This document shows, piece after piece, positions 32,204-42,137 of a stretch of 64,000 bases of DNA. Made by a program: the position numbers and the translations under genes. Numbering within the stretch: position 1 is the stretch's first letter; every line of letters starts with the position of its first letter. The DNA is from an uncultured Chlamydiae bacterium. Lineage in GTDB: Bacteria > Chlamydiota > Chlamydiia > Chlamydiales > SM23-39. The notes under the pieces were generated by a model that worked only from the letters and a program-made list of their open reading frames with translations, was not told the DNA's origin and made no database searches. The stretch covers positions 224,001 through 288,000 of the forward strand of contig CAVSSM010000001.1 in NCBI GenBank assembly GCA_963730605.1, in the 5' to 3' direction.

Positions 32204-34050
32204 CCTGACTTTGACACTTGTTCCTGACTTTGACACTTGTTAGGATAAGTCATTAGATTACAAATAGATAAGAACGAAAATTTAGGCACAACATCCGTTG
32301 TTCATTCCGGTTGTGCGTTCTGCTGAAATTCCCAATGCTACGAAAATATTCTCAGCATCCTCAGGGAGACTGGATTCCATTTTTCCTTGTTTGTCTGTGG
32401 TTGAGTCTTTGAAATACATCGTATGAACTTTTGAGAGAGAGTACCTGATTCTATCCGGCGTAAGCGGCGTGCTTTTCTGTCGTAGGAGAACCTCCAAAAA
32501 TCTCTCGAAAAATAGGGTAATAAAACAGAGGAGGATGTGGGCTTGGATTCTGTGTGGTGCCCAATGAAAAATAGGTCTGGTTTTAAGAGTGGATTTAGCC
32601 ACGCGAAATGTCTCTTCAACATGCCAGAGGTCTCGGTAGCGCCCCAGCGCTTCTGTCGTATTCAACTTTGCACTATTCGAAACTGCAATCCCATGAAAAC
32701 CATCCCAGGCAGCATCGGCATCTATCGCTGCTTGATTGAGAGAGATCGACGAACCAGTTTTAACGGTAGTATATTTTTTATAACCTGCATTACTGATCAC
32801 TTTTTTAAGGGAGGCTTCGTTTGGAGAATCGGTTATTTTATTGTGCAGTTTTTGCAATAGCCGTTCTCGGTCCTGTTTGTCCTTTGTTGCTCTGCTTGGA
32901 CTGTACGTTGCAATCAGTAGGGCATCCTCATACTGGGGATGCTCCATAGTGCGAACTAAAACTCGCTCAGCCTCCGGGATGCCGTCTTGGTTGGGCAGAG
33001 GGACATAAGCTGATAGGTCATTGATTTTGAGTTTTTTCGAGATGGAACGGAGTTTTGTAGCAATGACGTAATGAAACTGAGCAGCTCGGAGAGCTTGGAC
33101 GTTTGCACTACTTGCCAGCCCTCTATCGCAAACCACAGTCACGTTCTGAACAGAGAAACGACTCCTCAGCGACTCGAGTACGGGGATGAGTGTTTTTGTC
33201 TCTGCTAGATTGCCCTTGAAGGTATCGTAAGCAAGTGGCAGTCCCTCTTGATCAACAACGAGAGCCAAAACGATCTGTACGTTGTGATGTTTTTGATCTT
33301 TGCTAAAGCCAAAATCCTTGAGTTCATCTTGCGTTATACTCTCGAAATACAGTGTTGTTACATCGAAGAAAAAGCAATCAACTTGGCAACTATTTATGGA
33401 ACAAGCAGATTTAAATGCCTGTTCTTGAATCTGACCATTCAATGGCTCGATCGTGTCCATTGCCCGATAGAGATGATGCAAATCGATCCCCTCGAAACCA
33501 TGGTCCACTTGACGCTCGTATGTTCGTAGTTTACTGCTGGGTAAATCGAGACGTTGGGTGATCATCAGTTTGATTGTCTCTTCGAGATCGAACTCGTTTT
33601 TCCCCTGAGCTTCTCGAAGGATCTTGGAAAACCCTGTCAGCTGCATCAGTCTGCTAACGACAGTCCCGAACCCATCGTAAACCGTCATGGTATGAAAGAG
33701 CTTGCTGATCTCAACTTTAGGAGCGACAGAGAGCCCCTGCTCTTCGATTTTCCGAATTAAACTCTCAGCCAACTTCAAAAGGTTCTTCAGGTTTTTTTGA
33801 TCGTTGACAATGCCGAGAGATGCAACTACTCGCTGCCTAACTTTTTTCCCCTCCCGAATGCCTTCAACAATCTGGAGAGTAGAGTGCCTTGAGCTCTTTG
33901 ACGACTTGAGTCTTACATACATGGCACAACAATGTACTACAAAATTATATTTATGAAAATAAAATTATTTAGGCACAACATATTTTTTTCGATAGATATT
34001 GAGAATCAAATTCTTATGTGTTTTTAGGTGATCAAAGTGTCAAAGTCAGG
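32204..34050 (-). mobile_element. IS1634-family insertion sequence
   Basis: TIR CCTGACTTTGACACTT / AAGTGTCAAAGTCAGG. The left terminal 19 bp are tandemly duplicated. Confidence 0.92.
32282..33922 (-). CDS. IS1634-family DDE transposase
   Basis: FFDVTTLYFE, GFSKD, VVCDRG, YRDLWHVEETFRVAKSTLKTRPIFHW and RIQAHILLCF. Confidence 0.92.
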   Translation of the reverse strand: MYVRLKSSKSSRHSTLQIVEGIREGKKVRQRVVASLGIVNDQKNLKNLLKLAESLIRKIEEQGLSVAPKVEISKLFHTMTVYDGFGTVVSRLMQLTGFSKILREAQGKNEFDLEETIKLMITQRLDLPSSKLRTYERQVDHGFEGIDLHHLYRAMDTIEPLNGQIQEQAFKSACSINSCQVDCFFFDVTTLYFESITQDELKDFGFSKDQKHHNVQIVLALVVDQEGLPLAYDTFKGNLAETKTLIPVLESLRSRFSVQNVTVVCDRGLASSANVQALRAAQFHYVIATKLRSISKKLKINDLSAYVPLPNQDGIPEAERVLVRTMEHPQYEDALLIATYSPSRATKDKQDRERLLQKLHNKITDSPNEASLKKVISNAGYKKYTTVKTGSSISLNQAAIDADAAWDGFHGIAVSNSAKLNTTEALGRYRDLWHVEETFRVAKSTLKTRPIFHWAPHRIQAHILLCFITLFFERFLEVLLRQKSTPLTPDRIRYSLSKVHTMYFKDSTTDKQGKMESSLPEDAENIFVALGISAERTTGMNNGCCA

Positions 34051-34349
34051 TTTAATTCGTTTGATTATATATCAGAGTGTATTTTAAGTCTATGAGCCTA
34101 AAATCGATTATCTTAATGCAGAGCTTCTTGAACCTATCTCTTCAGTTTCTTGAAGTAGTAATCAATGCCATCGGCGACGCCGCGGGCGATCTTGTTTTGG
34201 TAATCGAGAGATTTTAGGTTGACCCTCTCCTCCGGATTTGAGATGAACCCCCCTTCGATCAGAACGGCGGGCATCGAAGTTTCCCGAAGGACGTAAAGGT
34301 TCCCCTTTTTCACGCCGCGAGAATGGGCGGAGGTGCGGCGAAGGAGTCT
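34051..34349. repeat. 299-bp direct repeat, copy 2
   Basis: Matches 31905-32203. Confidence 0.92.
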
Positions 34350-34787
34350 TGTAAGGATCGAATCGGCCAGTTTTTTCGATGCGAGAGCGCGCCTTTTCTC
34401 TTCTTTGGAATCATAGAAGAAGATTTCGATTCCGGACGCTGTCGGAATGCGAGAGGAGTTGAAATGGACGCTGACAAAGATAGCGGCGTCGCTTTGCTTG
34501 GCGATCTCGATGCGGCGGTGAAGCGGGATGAACGCATCGGTATTGCGGGTCATGATCACATGATAGCCGAGCTGGTCGAGATATTTTTTCAAGAGGCGGG
34601 CGGTCTGCAAACAGATCCTCTTCTCTTCGCAATAAGGATTGTTCGCCTTGGCTCCCTGGTCGTTGCCTCCATGACCTGCATCGATCACGACGGTGGGTCC
34701 GGTGCCTGAGTTCAATGCGCTCGCAATTGGGCCGTTGTCTGCGATGGCTTGGCTAAAAAGAAACAAAAACAAAAAAAAATAACGCAT
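34134..34787 (-). CDS. amiA: N-acetylmuramoyl-L-alanine amidase
   Basis: VIDAGHGG, FVSVHFN and PAVLIEGGFISN. Confidence 0.93.
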   Translation of the reverse strand: MRYFFLFLFLFSQAIADNGPIASALNSGTGPTVVIDAGHGGNDQGAKANNPYCEEKRICLQTARLLKKYLDQLGYHVIMTRNTDAFIPLHRRIEIAKQSDAAIFVSVHFNSSRIPTASGIEIFFYDSKEEKRRALASKKLADSILTRLLRRTSAHSRGVKKGNLYVLRETSMPAVLIEGGFISNPEERVNLKSLDYQNKIARGVADGIDYYFKKLKR

Positions 34788-34789
34788 TT

Positions 34790-36244
34790 TTACGAAAGAA
34801 TTGCAGAACGCTCCCGGTTTTGCAACGCTTCTTTTGCGACGAGGCAGTCATCGAACGGAATGGCCTGGGAACTAAAAGTCTGCGTCTTCTCATGCCCTTT
34901 CCCTGCGATCAGCAGGATGTCGCCAGGGCGCGCGAGCTCTACGCCAAACCAGATAGCGCTTTTTCTGTCGAGCTCTACAATTGCTCTTTCAGGTCTTTGA
35001 AAGGCGGCAAGAACCTCTTTGCAAATTTGCAATGGGTCCTCATGGCGAGGGTTGTCGCTCGTCAAAATCGCAAAGTCAGCCCATTTTTCCGCTGCGGCGG
35101 CCATCGTGGGGCGCCTTGCAGGGTCCCGGCCGCCCCCGCATCCGAAGACGACAATCAGCTTTTTTCGAGCCATTTCCCGCAATGTTGATAAGACATTGTC
35201 CAGCGCTTCCCCGGAATGGGCGAAATCGACAAAAACCTGAATCCCAAGGTCATTCTCCACCCTTTCCAATCGTCCGGGAATGGCAGGGATGGAGCTAAAA
35301 ATAGAAGCGAGGGCCGGAAGATCGATTCCAAGATGGAGACCGACCGAGAGGCTCGCCAGCAGATTATAGACGTTGAAGCGACCGATGAGGGGCGTGGAAA
35401 ATCTTTGTTTTTTTCCTCGGGCCTCCACCGTGAAAGCGGACCCCTTTTCGCTAAAATCGATTTCAGAGGCGCTGACATGAGATTCCGGGTTCATCCCATA
35501 CGTCATTCCTCTGCAATCGCCGCTCATATATTGGAACCAAGGGCTGTCGGCATTGAATATCCGGTCCCCTGTCTTATCGAAGAGCTTCTTTTTAGCCGCT
35601 GCATATTTCTCAATGGTCTTGTGGTAGTCGAGATGGTCGGCAGAGAGATTGGTAAAGAGGGCGAGGTCGAAATCGATCTCGTCAACCCTCCCTTGCTCGA
35701 GGCCGTGGGAGGAGACTTCCAGGACCGCTGCCTGACAGCCCGCCAAAACCATTTCTCGCAAAAATTTTTGATTCCGGATCACGTCGTGGGTCGTCAATTG
35801 GGAAGGAAACCGCTTTGCCCCGACCATCGTCTCCACGCCTCCGATAAGGCCGGCTTTTTGACCAATCGATTCCAAAAGATGCCGAATCAGATAGGTTGTC
35901 GTCGTTTTTCCTTTCGTTCCGGTTACGCCCGCGATCCAAAGATCCTTGGAAGGATTCCGGTAATAACGGACAGCGAGGAGAGCCACCAAATGCTCCGGCT
36001 TTTCATGAATGATCTGCGTCTGATGCAAAAAGGGATTGTAAAATGGGGCAAGGATTGCAACGGCGCCGGCCGTAACCGCTTCGGGGATGAACTCGGCCCC
36101 ATCCCTCGCGCTCCCTTTTCTGGCAATGAAGAGATTGCCTGGCGCCACCGTATTCGAGTCGGCAGTCAGCCCCGTAATCTCGATTTCTTTGCTCCCTTTG
36201 ATTGTAAGATCCGGGATGCCAGAAATTAGCTGTTTAATTCTCAT
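34790..36244 (-). CDS. murE: UDP-MurNAc-tripeptide synthetase
   Basis: GVTGTKGKTTT, EVSSH, DHLDYH, DNPR and AGKGHE. Confidence 0.95.
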   Translation of the reverse strand: MRIKQLISGIPDLTIKGSKEIEITGLTADSNTVAPGNLFIARKGSARDGAEFIPEAVTAGAVAILAPFYNPFLHQTQIIHEKPEHLVALLAVRYYRNPSKDLWIAGVTGTKGKTTTTYLIRHLLESIGQKAGLIGGVETMVGAKRFPSQLTTHDVIRNQKFLREMVLAGCQAAVLEVSSHGLEQGRVDEIDFDLALFTNLSADHLDYHKTIEKYAAAKKKLFDKTGDRIFNADSPWFQYMSGDCRGMTYGMNPESHVSASEIDFSEKGSAFTVEARGKKQRFSTPLIGRFNVYNLLASLSVGLHLGIDLPALASIFSSIPAIPGRLERVENDLGIQVFVDFAHSGEALDNVLSTLREMARKKLIVVFGCGGGRDPARRPTMAAAAEKWADFAILTSDNPRHEDPLQICKEVLAAFQRPERAIVELDRKSAIWFGVELARPGDILLIAGKGHEKTQTFSSQAIPFDDCLVAKEALQNRERSAILS

Positions 36245-38233
36245 GATTCCATCGATCCAGGAGGTCTTTCAGAGCGAGCGTTTCTTTGGCCAAGTCGGCT
36301 TTTACAGGATCTCGCCGCGGATCGCCTAGCGGATACCCATAAGGGTCGTCCGGAGCTACTCCCAGATACTGCAAAGAGCGCAAGGCGATTTCCCGGAAAA
36401 CGGGAGCGGCGCAAAACCCTCCCATCTGATGTTTCCCGACTCCCGGGACGAATTTCTTTTCCGGATCATCGATCGAAACAAGCAGCACAAACCGGGGATT
36501 TTTCGCCGGGGCAAATCCCAAAAACGAGGATACATTATGGTCTTTTGCATAGATGCCATCAAGGACCTTTTCCGCCGTTCCAGATTTCCCCGCTTCCGTA
36601 TATCCCATCACATCAGCCCTTTTGGACGTCCCCCCTCTTTCGTCGAGAACTTCATACTTTTGACGATCGCCTCGCAAAAGGATGGCTTGAGGACTTCCTT
36701 TCCCGGCCTCCCAACGGTTCGATCGACAAGGACGCTCTTCGTTCCATCCGTTTGGGTCTTCACGATCTTGCGGACGAGATGAGGCTCGACTCCTTTACCT
36801 CCGTTAGCGAGGATGGCATAGGCCCGGACCATTTGGACGGCAGTAATGAGGATATTATGGCCAATGGCCAATGAATGGGGAGTAGGGAGGGACCATTCGA
36901 GTTTGCCGTTCGGGTGGAGCTTGCCCGGCGTTGGCAAAAGCCCGGGGCTCTCGGCGGGCAGCTCGATATTCGTCTTCAGGCCGAATCCGAATGTTTCCTG
37001 GAGGGTCTTCCGATACCACTCGTCCCCCATCGTTTCAATGACCCGGCGAATCAGCCTTGCAAAATAAATGTTGGAGGATTTTTGAATGGCCAAATCCATA
37101 TTGAGGTATCGATGCACCCGCCCCGTTTCTTTCATGGGCGTGCTCCGGCCAGGAAACCAACCGTTCGAGGTCGCAATCTTTTCATCGGGGCTAAAGAGAG
37201 GCTTTTTCCCTTGCGCTTCCAGCTCCTCGTTCGCTTTCATGCAAACGGCAAGAGTGATCGGCTTGAAAATCGAACCCGGCTCATAACAATCGGTCACGGT
37301 TTTGACGCGGGTCGCCTCTTGTAACGACGGGTCGTTGAAATAGACTGGGTAGCGCATGGGGTCGAAAGCAGGAGTTTGCGCAATGGCCAATATTTCGCCA
37401 TTGAAGGGATCCATCATCACGGCCCAGCCTCCTAGGGCTTTTGCCCTTTCAACCCCTTTTTTTAGCTCTGTTTCCATGATCGCTTGGAGATAGTGGTTCA
37501 CCGTCAGGTAGATATCGCTCCCGTTTTCCGGCATCTCCAAGATTTTTCCCGTATCCAGCGGGTGGCGGGGAGATCTCACAATCAATTTTTTTCCCGGCCA
37601 GCCCTTGAGATAGGAGTTGAAAACCATCTCCAACCCCCCCGTCGGCAGGCTCTGGCCCGTTGCAGGATCCCTTTCCTCTTGCACCGTATGCAGCACGGCG
37701 CCGAGCATGCTGCCGAAAGGGTAAGAGCGCTTGAATTCCGACTTGAAGAAAAGGGCGTTGGAGACGATTTTTTCCTCGCGGGAAAAACGGCGCCACCAAG
37801 TTTCGATATTCTTTCTCGCTTCCCGGTCCAGCCACATCGCGATTTTGCGGCTGCGGCTCTTTTTATCGAACTCCAAAACCATTTTTCGGCACTCTTCTGG
37901 AGAGAATCCCAGATGGGCGAAAAGCTGATGCGCCATTTTAGGTTTGGCTGCCGCAGGGATCGAATCGGGATCGATGAAAAGGTGGAATTTTGGGACGTCG
38001 ATGACGAAAGGTTGATCTTCTACCGGGTGCCCTTTTTTGACCGAGGTATTCGAATAGAACGAGCCGCGCATAAATGGAATTGGGGCCACGTATTGATGCT
38101 GAGATGTGGCGACTTTCATCCATTTGTCTTTTTCAATAATCTGGATCTCATAAAAACGGGCGATCAGGAGAAAAAATAAGATAAACAAGGAGATAGCGAT
38201 GGCGACGAGGCGTCGTACGGGAAGAGGGTCCAT
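36234..38233 (-). CDS. ftsI: Penicillin-binding protein 3 / FtsI (frameshift near 36630)
   Basis: EPGSIFKP (SxxK) and SSN, with KSGTA in the 36234..36677 frame. Confidence 0.9.
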
Positions 38234-38240
38234 AAATCAA

Positions 38241-38546
38241 TCATTCTGGTGAGGGGGCTCTTGCGAATACCTCAGGGACAGTTAGGATTTCTTTGAGCGC
38301 AGGATGTTTCAAATGGCTAAACTCTGGCCGGCGGACCAGCTCGATCAGATGAGAAGGACTTTGAAATTGGTCGATTTCATAAGAGAGGCGCCGGTTTTCT
38401 TCACTACTTAAGCGATATTCTTGATCTACTTCAGGCAGTTTGATTTTGAGCTCCGTCAATTCGTTTTGCATCTCAAGATAGGAATAAAGGCAAAACCCGC
38501 ACATCATAAAACAAAAACCCAATCGAAGAAACAGATTCTTTTTCAT
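38241..38546 (-). CDS. ftsL: FtsL-like cell division protein
   Basis: Short TM plus coiled coil, located between rsmH and ftsI. Confidence 0.7.
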   Translation of the reverse strand: MKKNLFLRLGFCFMMCGFCLYSYLEMQNELTELKIKLPEVDQEYRLSSEENRRLSYEIDQFQSPSHLIELVRRPEFSHLKHPALKEILTVPEVFARAPSPE

Positions 38547-38565
38547 CGTTTTTATTCTCGCGGTT

Positions 38566-39444
38566 TTAGCCGGTACTGAACTTTTTTTCAGCCGCGCGGA
38601 GTTTCGCGCTCCGCGACCGTGGGTTGTCCTTGATCTCTTCGCCTGTAGGACCGATCGGCTTTTTCGTTAGGATCTCCAATCGATCCTTCGAATCCCGAAA
38701 AAGATTTTTCACGATCCGGTCTTCCAGACTATGAAAAGAGATGGCTGCGATCCGCCCTCCGATACGCGTCCGCTCGATCGCCGCATCCAACCCTCTTTTC
38801 AACTGGCCGAGCTCATCGTTGACCGCAATCCTGAGCGCCTGGAAAACCAGGGTTGCCGGATGGAGCTTTCCCCAGATCGTCACAGGTTTCACGATCGCAA
38901 CCAACTCCGCCGTGGTCCGGATTCTCCGTTTCCTTCTCGCCTCTACGATGGCCCGAGCCACTTGGCGCGACCGTCTCTCTTCCCCATATTCGAAAAAAAT
39001 CCGGGCCAGCTCTTTTTCCGGCGCTTCGTTTACGATCCTTTCCGCAGTCAAACTGCTCTCGGGATCCATCCGCATATCCAAAGGCGCATCGCTTTGAAAG
39101 CTAAATCCCCGCTCTTTTATATCCAACTGCATCGAAGAGACGCCGATGTCGATCAAAAAACCGTCGATCTCCCTGATTCCTCTCTCATCGAGATAAACAT
39201 TGAGATCCGCATAGGGTCCGCGGATCCATTCCACCTTTTTCCCCCAAGGCTCTAAATGCGCCGCTGCAATGACCAGGGCCGCCGGATCCTGGTCGCATGC
39301 TAAATACCGCTCGATCTCCGGATGGTCCTCTAAAATCGCTCGCGCATGCCCGCCCGCTCCCACCGTCCCTTCGAAAAAGACCTTGAGCTGAACACCCCTA
39401 AAGATCTTAAGGACTGCCTCGAGTAAAACCGGGACGTGCGCCAC
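38566..39444 (-). CDS. rsmH: 16S rRNA m4C1402 methyltransferase
   Basis: HVPVLL, GVSSMQLD, FQALRIAVN, SFHSLEDR and NPRSRSAKLR. Confidence 0.97.
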   Translation of the reverse strand: MAHVPVLLEAVLKIFRGVQLKVFFEGTVGAGGHARAILEDHPEIERYLACDQDPAALVIAAAHLEPWGKKVEWIRGPYADLNVYLDERGIREIDGFLIDIGVSSMQLDIKERGFSFQSDAPLDMRMDPESSLTAERIVNEAPEKELARIFFEYGEERRSRQVARAIVEARRKRRIRTTAELVAIVKPVTIWGKLHPATLVFQALRIAVNDELGQLKRGLDAAIERTRIGGRIAAISFHSLEDRIVKNLFRDSKDRLEILTKKPIGPTGEEIKDNPRSRSAKLRAAEKKFSTG

Positions 39445-39448
39445 ACAC

Positions 39449-39991
39449 TCAATCTTTAATATAAGCGGGATTCATCGCTGATGAGATCGCCTCTTCAGGC
39501 GTCACTTCTCCAGTGCTGTTCTCGTGCAGCAGCGCAAAAGCCTCTTCGGTCATTTTTTCCAAGCTCATCTCGGGAGAGTTGCCCTCAATCAGGGCGCGCA
39601 AATTCCGGTCATACGCTTTTTTCGGCCAGAGTTCGATTTTGTCCATGACCCCAGCGACGACGATCTCTTTTTCGATCAGGGCCGCCCCTTTCAAATTGAC
39701 CGGCAGCATAACCCGGCCGATCTTGTCGCATTCCGTTTGATGGAGAGTCGAAAAGAAGAGGGTGAAGAACTTTTGGAATTTCGCGATGTGCTGGTTTTCC
39801 TTGAACTTATCGACAATTTTCTGGATGAGGCTTTTTCGGTAGATCGTCAAGCAGCCACCGAGACCTATCCCAATGACAAATTCGCATTTTCCTTCTTCGA
39901 CCAGCCCATAACGAAAGTTTTGAGGCAAAACGAAGCGCCCTTTCTCATCGAGCTTGACGACATGAGAACCGCTGAAGAAGAACCCGCTCAT
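39449..39991 (-). CDS. mraZ: Division/cell wall cluster regulator MraZ
   Basis: LDEKGRFVLP and DKIGRVMLP repeats, GVMDKIELW. Lies upstream of rsmH. Confidence 0.9.
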   Translation of the reverse strand: MSGFFFSGSHVVKLDEKGRFVLPQNFRYGLVEEGKCEFVIGIGLGGCLTIYRKSLIQKIVDKFKENQHIAKFQKFFTLFFSTLHQTECDKIGRVMLPVNLKGAALIEKEIVVAGVMDKIELWPKKAYDRNLRALIEGNSPEMSLEKMTEEAFALLHENSTGEVTPEEAISSAMNPAYIKD

Positions 39992-39998
39992 CACCTTT

Positions 39999-40024
39999 TC
40001 CACGTTATCCCACATCTTAGCCAC
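39999..40024 (-). promoter_or_regulatory. Putative MraZ operator (three GTGG repeats, 11 and 10 nt apart)
   Basis: Minus strand GTGGCTAAGAT-GTGGGATAAC-GTGGAAAA directly before the mraZ start. Confidence 0.5.
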
Positions 40025-40413
40025 GAATTCGAAAATCGCGCAATCCATTTCCGAAAAATATCATCTAAACCTAGCTACATCTATTTTAAAGCCAGTCGAA
40101 TACATATTTTTCAATCCTTTGTGGGAAATTGTGGAAAACCTGTTCACAACCTCTCCAACCCTAAACCCGGAATGAAAATGTAAGTATTTGACTTAGAAAA
40201 AGTTGACAATGTCTTCAAGGTTGTCTGCCGGCTGTTTACAACTTGGAGGACTCCAAAAGATGGAGAGTGGTGTGGAAAAAGTGGGAAGCGGAGGGTTCTG
40301 TTTGCGTGAGAGCCAAACATGCAGCATAGCAACTGTGGTGAATATCGAATGCGCCCTCTATGATTGAAAATCGGCTGGCTGTTAGAATAACGGTAGAGCA
40401 GGAGAATAAAGTC

Positions 40414-40908
40414 ATGACCGTCAAACCCCGCACGATCGACAATCTGGGAGTCGACGCTTCGATCCGCTATGCGAAGGATCAGGAACTGTTAGAACCGCGC
40501 CTGATTGAAGAATCGAGGCTTATCCCTCAAAAAACGGAAGTGACGGTTGCAAAACCGTTCGAGCTTTCGGAATTCGACCAGATCTATACGGTGGGAAGGA
40601 CCATTTCATGGGCTCTTTTTTCTCCCCCGCCCGATTTTTATTCGCGCGACAAGGGGCTATTTTCTTATCGACTCATCCCATCGCTTGGCGGCTATGAGAA
40701 ATTGGAAGCCGATTCCGACAAGATCGAAACTCTAGAAGATGTGCTAGAAAAATCGGAGGAAAGGGAAGGACGGGGCCAATCTGACCAAGAAAGGGAGACG
40801 GATGAAAACCAACGCCGAACTCTTCTCGCCCTTTTTCAGTGCATCGACAAACTCAATAAGACGCTCGCGATGATCAATGCGCGGCGCAATCAGTACCAGC
40901 GAGGATAG
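40414..40908 (+). CDS. Conserved chlamydial protein (CT273/DUF5399-like)
   Basis: WALFSPPP, LFSYRLIPSLG and C-terminal RRNQYQRG, plus synteny. Confidence 0.7.
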   Translation: MTVKPRTIDNLGVDASIRYAKDQELLEPRLIEESRLIPQKTEVTVAKPFELSEFDQIYTVGRTISWALFSPPPDFYSRDKGLFSYRLIPSLGGYEKLEADSDKIETLEDVLEKSEEREGRGQSDQERETDENQRRTLLALFQCIDKLNKTLAMINARRNQYQRG

Positions 40909-40909
40909 G

Positions 40910-41299
40910 ATGATGGATTGGAAAGAAGTGTTGGGCTGGAAAAATGAAGAATTGGACGACCTTCGCTTTGTGGCCTATTCCTATATCAAAGAGGGAATCT
41001 ACGATGTGGCGCTGACCTTTTTCGATGCGCTCTCCATTTTGAGCCCCCCCACCTCCTACGATCTCCAAACGCTTGGCGCGCTCCATCTTCAGATGGGCAA
41101 TGGGCTAAAGGCGCTCGATTATCTCGACCGCGCTTTAAAATCCGCTCCCGCCCATTCGCAAACGCAATTGAATCGCGCCAAAGCTCTCTTCATGCTCGGC
41201 TACCAACGGCAAGGGCTCGTCCAAGCGATCGAGCTCGAAAAATCTCCCGATCCCGAGATCTCATCCGCCGCTCAAGCTCTCATCTTGGCGTATCAGTAA
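40910..41299 (+). CDS. TPR protein, CT274-like putative type III secretion chaperone
   Basis: LGWKNEELDDLR..YSYIKEG.YD.A and TPR helices, plus synteny. Confidence 0.75.
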   Translation: MMDWKEVLGWKNEELDDLRFVAYSYIKEGIYDVALTFFDALSILSPPTSYDLQTLGALHLQMGNGLKALDYLDRALKSAPAHSQTQLNRAKALFMLGYQRQGLVQAIELEKSPDPEISSAAQALILAYQ

Positions 41300-41301
41300 C
41301 T

Positions 41302-41877
41302 TTACGCTATAGAGAGCCAGAGAGTAGCGACAGCTCCAAGCGTAGCAAGGCTTAAGTGGTATGCTTTCCTTGTATAGTTTTCCTCAATGCTTGCCAGGGC
41401 GATTTGGCAAAATGTTAAATAGCCAACTGTTCCCACCGCGGCCATTCTTGAGACGACCATTGGATGGTTCGCAATGACATTCAGGGCGGCCAGAATTCCC
41501 TTCACTGCCACCTTTCCCAAAGATCGGCCAAGTTGATGCACACATTTCGCCAGTTCCAGAGCCGCTTTAGCCAGATGCCGAGAAGCTAAATGAACCGGGC
41601 CAAAGTCAGAGATCTGAAAAACGTCCTCTGGCCACCGATAATTGCTGATCGCGCCCCCAATCACAGCCGCCGTTCCGGTCGCGAATATCCCCGTCATAGC
41701 GGCTTTGGAGGCCCCTTCTCCTAACTGGAAACTCCACCCCGAAGATGCCCCAGCAGGACGGATCGCCGCAGGAGGGCGTGTGTCGATGCGTTTGGCAGGA
41801 GAGAGGCTCGAACTTGATTCGGCGGCATCGGTATAAAATCTTGTCACTTTAATACGCGTAGAACTTATAGAGCACAT
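41302..41877 (-). CDS. Hypothetical membrane protein with Ser-rich N-terminus
   Basis: 191-aa ORF with SD GGAGG upstream and several hydrophobic segments. Confidence 0.65.
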   Translation of the reverse strand: MCSISSTRIKVTRFYTDAAESSSSLSPAKRIDTRPPAAIRPAGASSGWSFQLGEGASKAAMTGIFATGTAAVIGGAISNYRWPEDVFQISDFGPVHLASRHLAKAALELAKCVHQLGRSLGKVAVKGILAALNVIANHPMVVSRMAAVGTVGYLTFCQIALASIEENYTRKAYHLSLATLGAVATLWLSIA

Positions 41878-42071
41878 AACCTCCTTTATACCTTAAGAAA
41901 GACTTCCAGTCTCTGCCAAGACTAACATAGGCTGGGTTTATCATAACTAGTTAAGCATAAAAGACTTACAAAACAACCTAGATACCCACATTTCGCAAGC
42001 AACTCACAATCAATATATTAAAATTTATTGCGTTCGATTTTAACTTATCAATTAAATTAAAAAAATTTTTA

Positions 42072-42100
42072 TTTACAAATAATTAATAATGTGTTATAAT
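42072..42100 (+). promoter_or_regulatory. Putative sigma70/sigma66 promoter of the kinase gene
   Basis: TTTACA-17 nt-TATAAT with an extended TG. Confidence 0.65.
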
Positions 42101-42137
42101 TTTGTTTATAAGCAATAACATAATTACGTGAAATAAA

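Noticed and set aside
31988..32236. Second amiA-like 82-aa ORF
   Set aside because: It is a by-product of the IS1634 target duplication, starts within the IS end and lacks the N-terminal Zn ligands.
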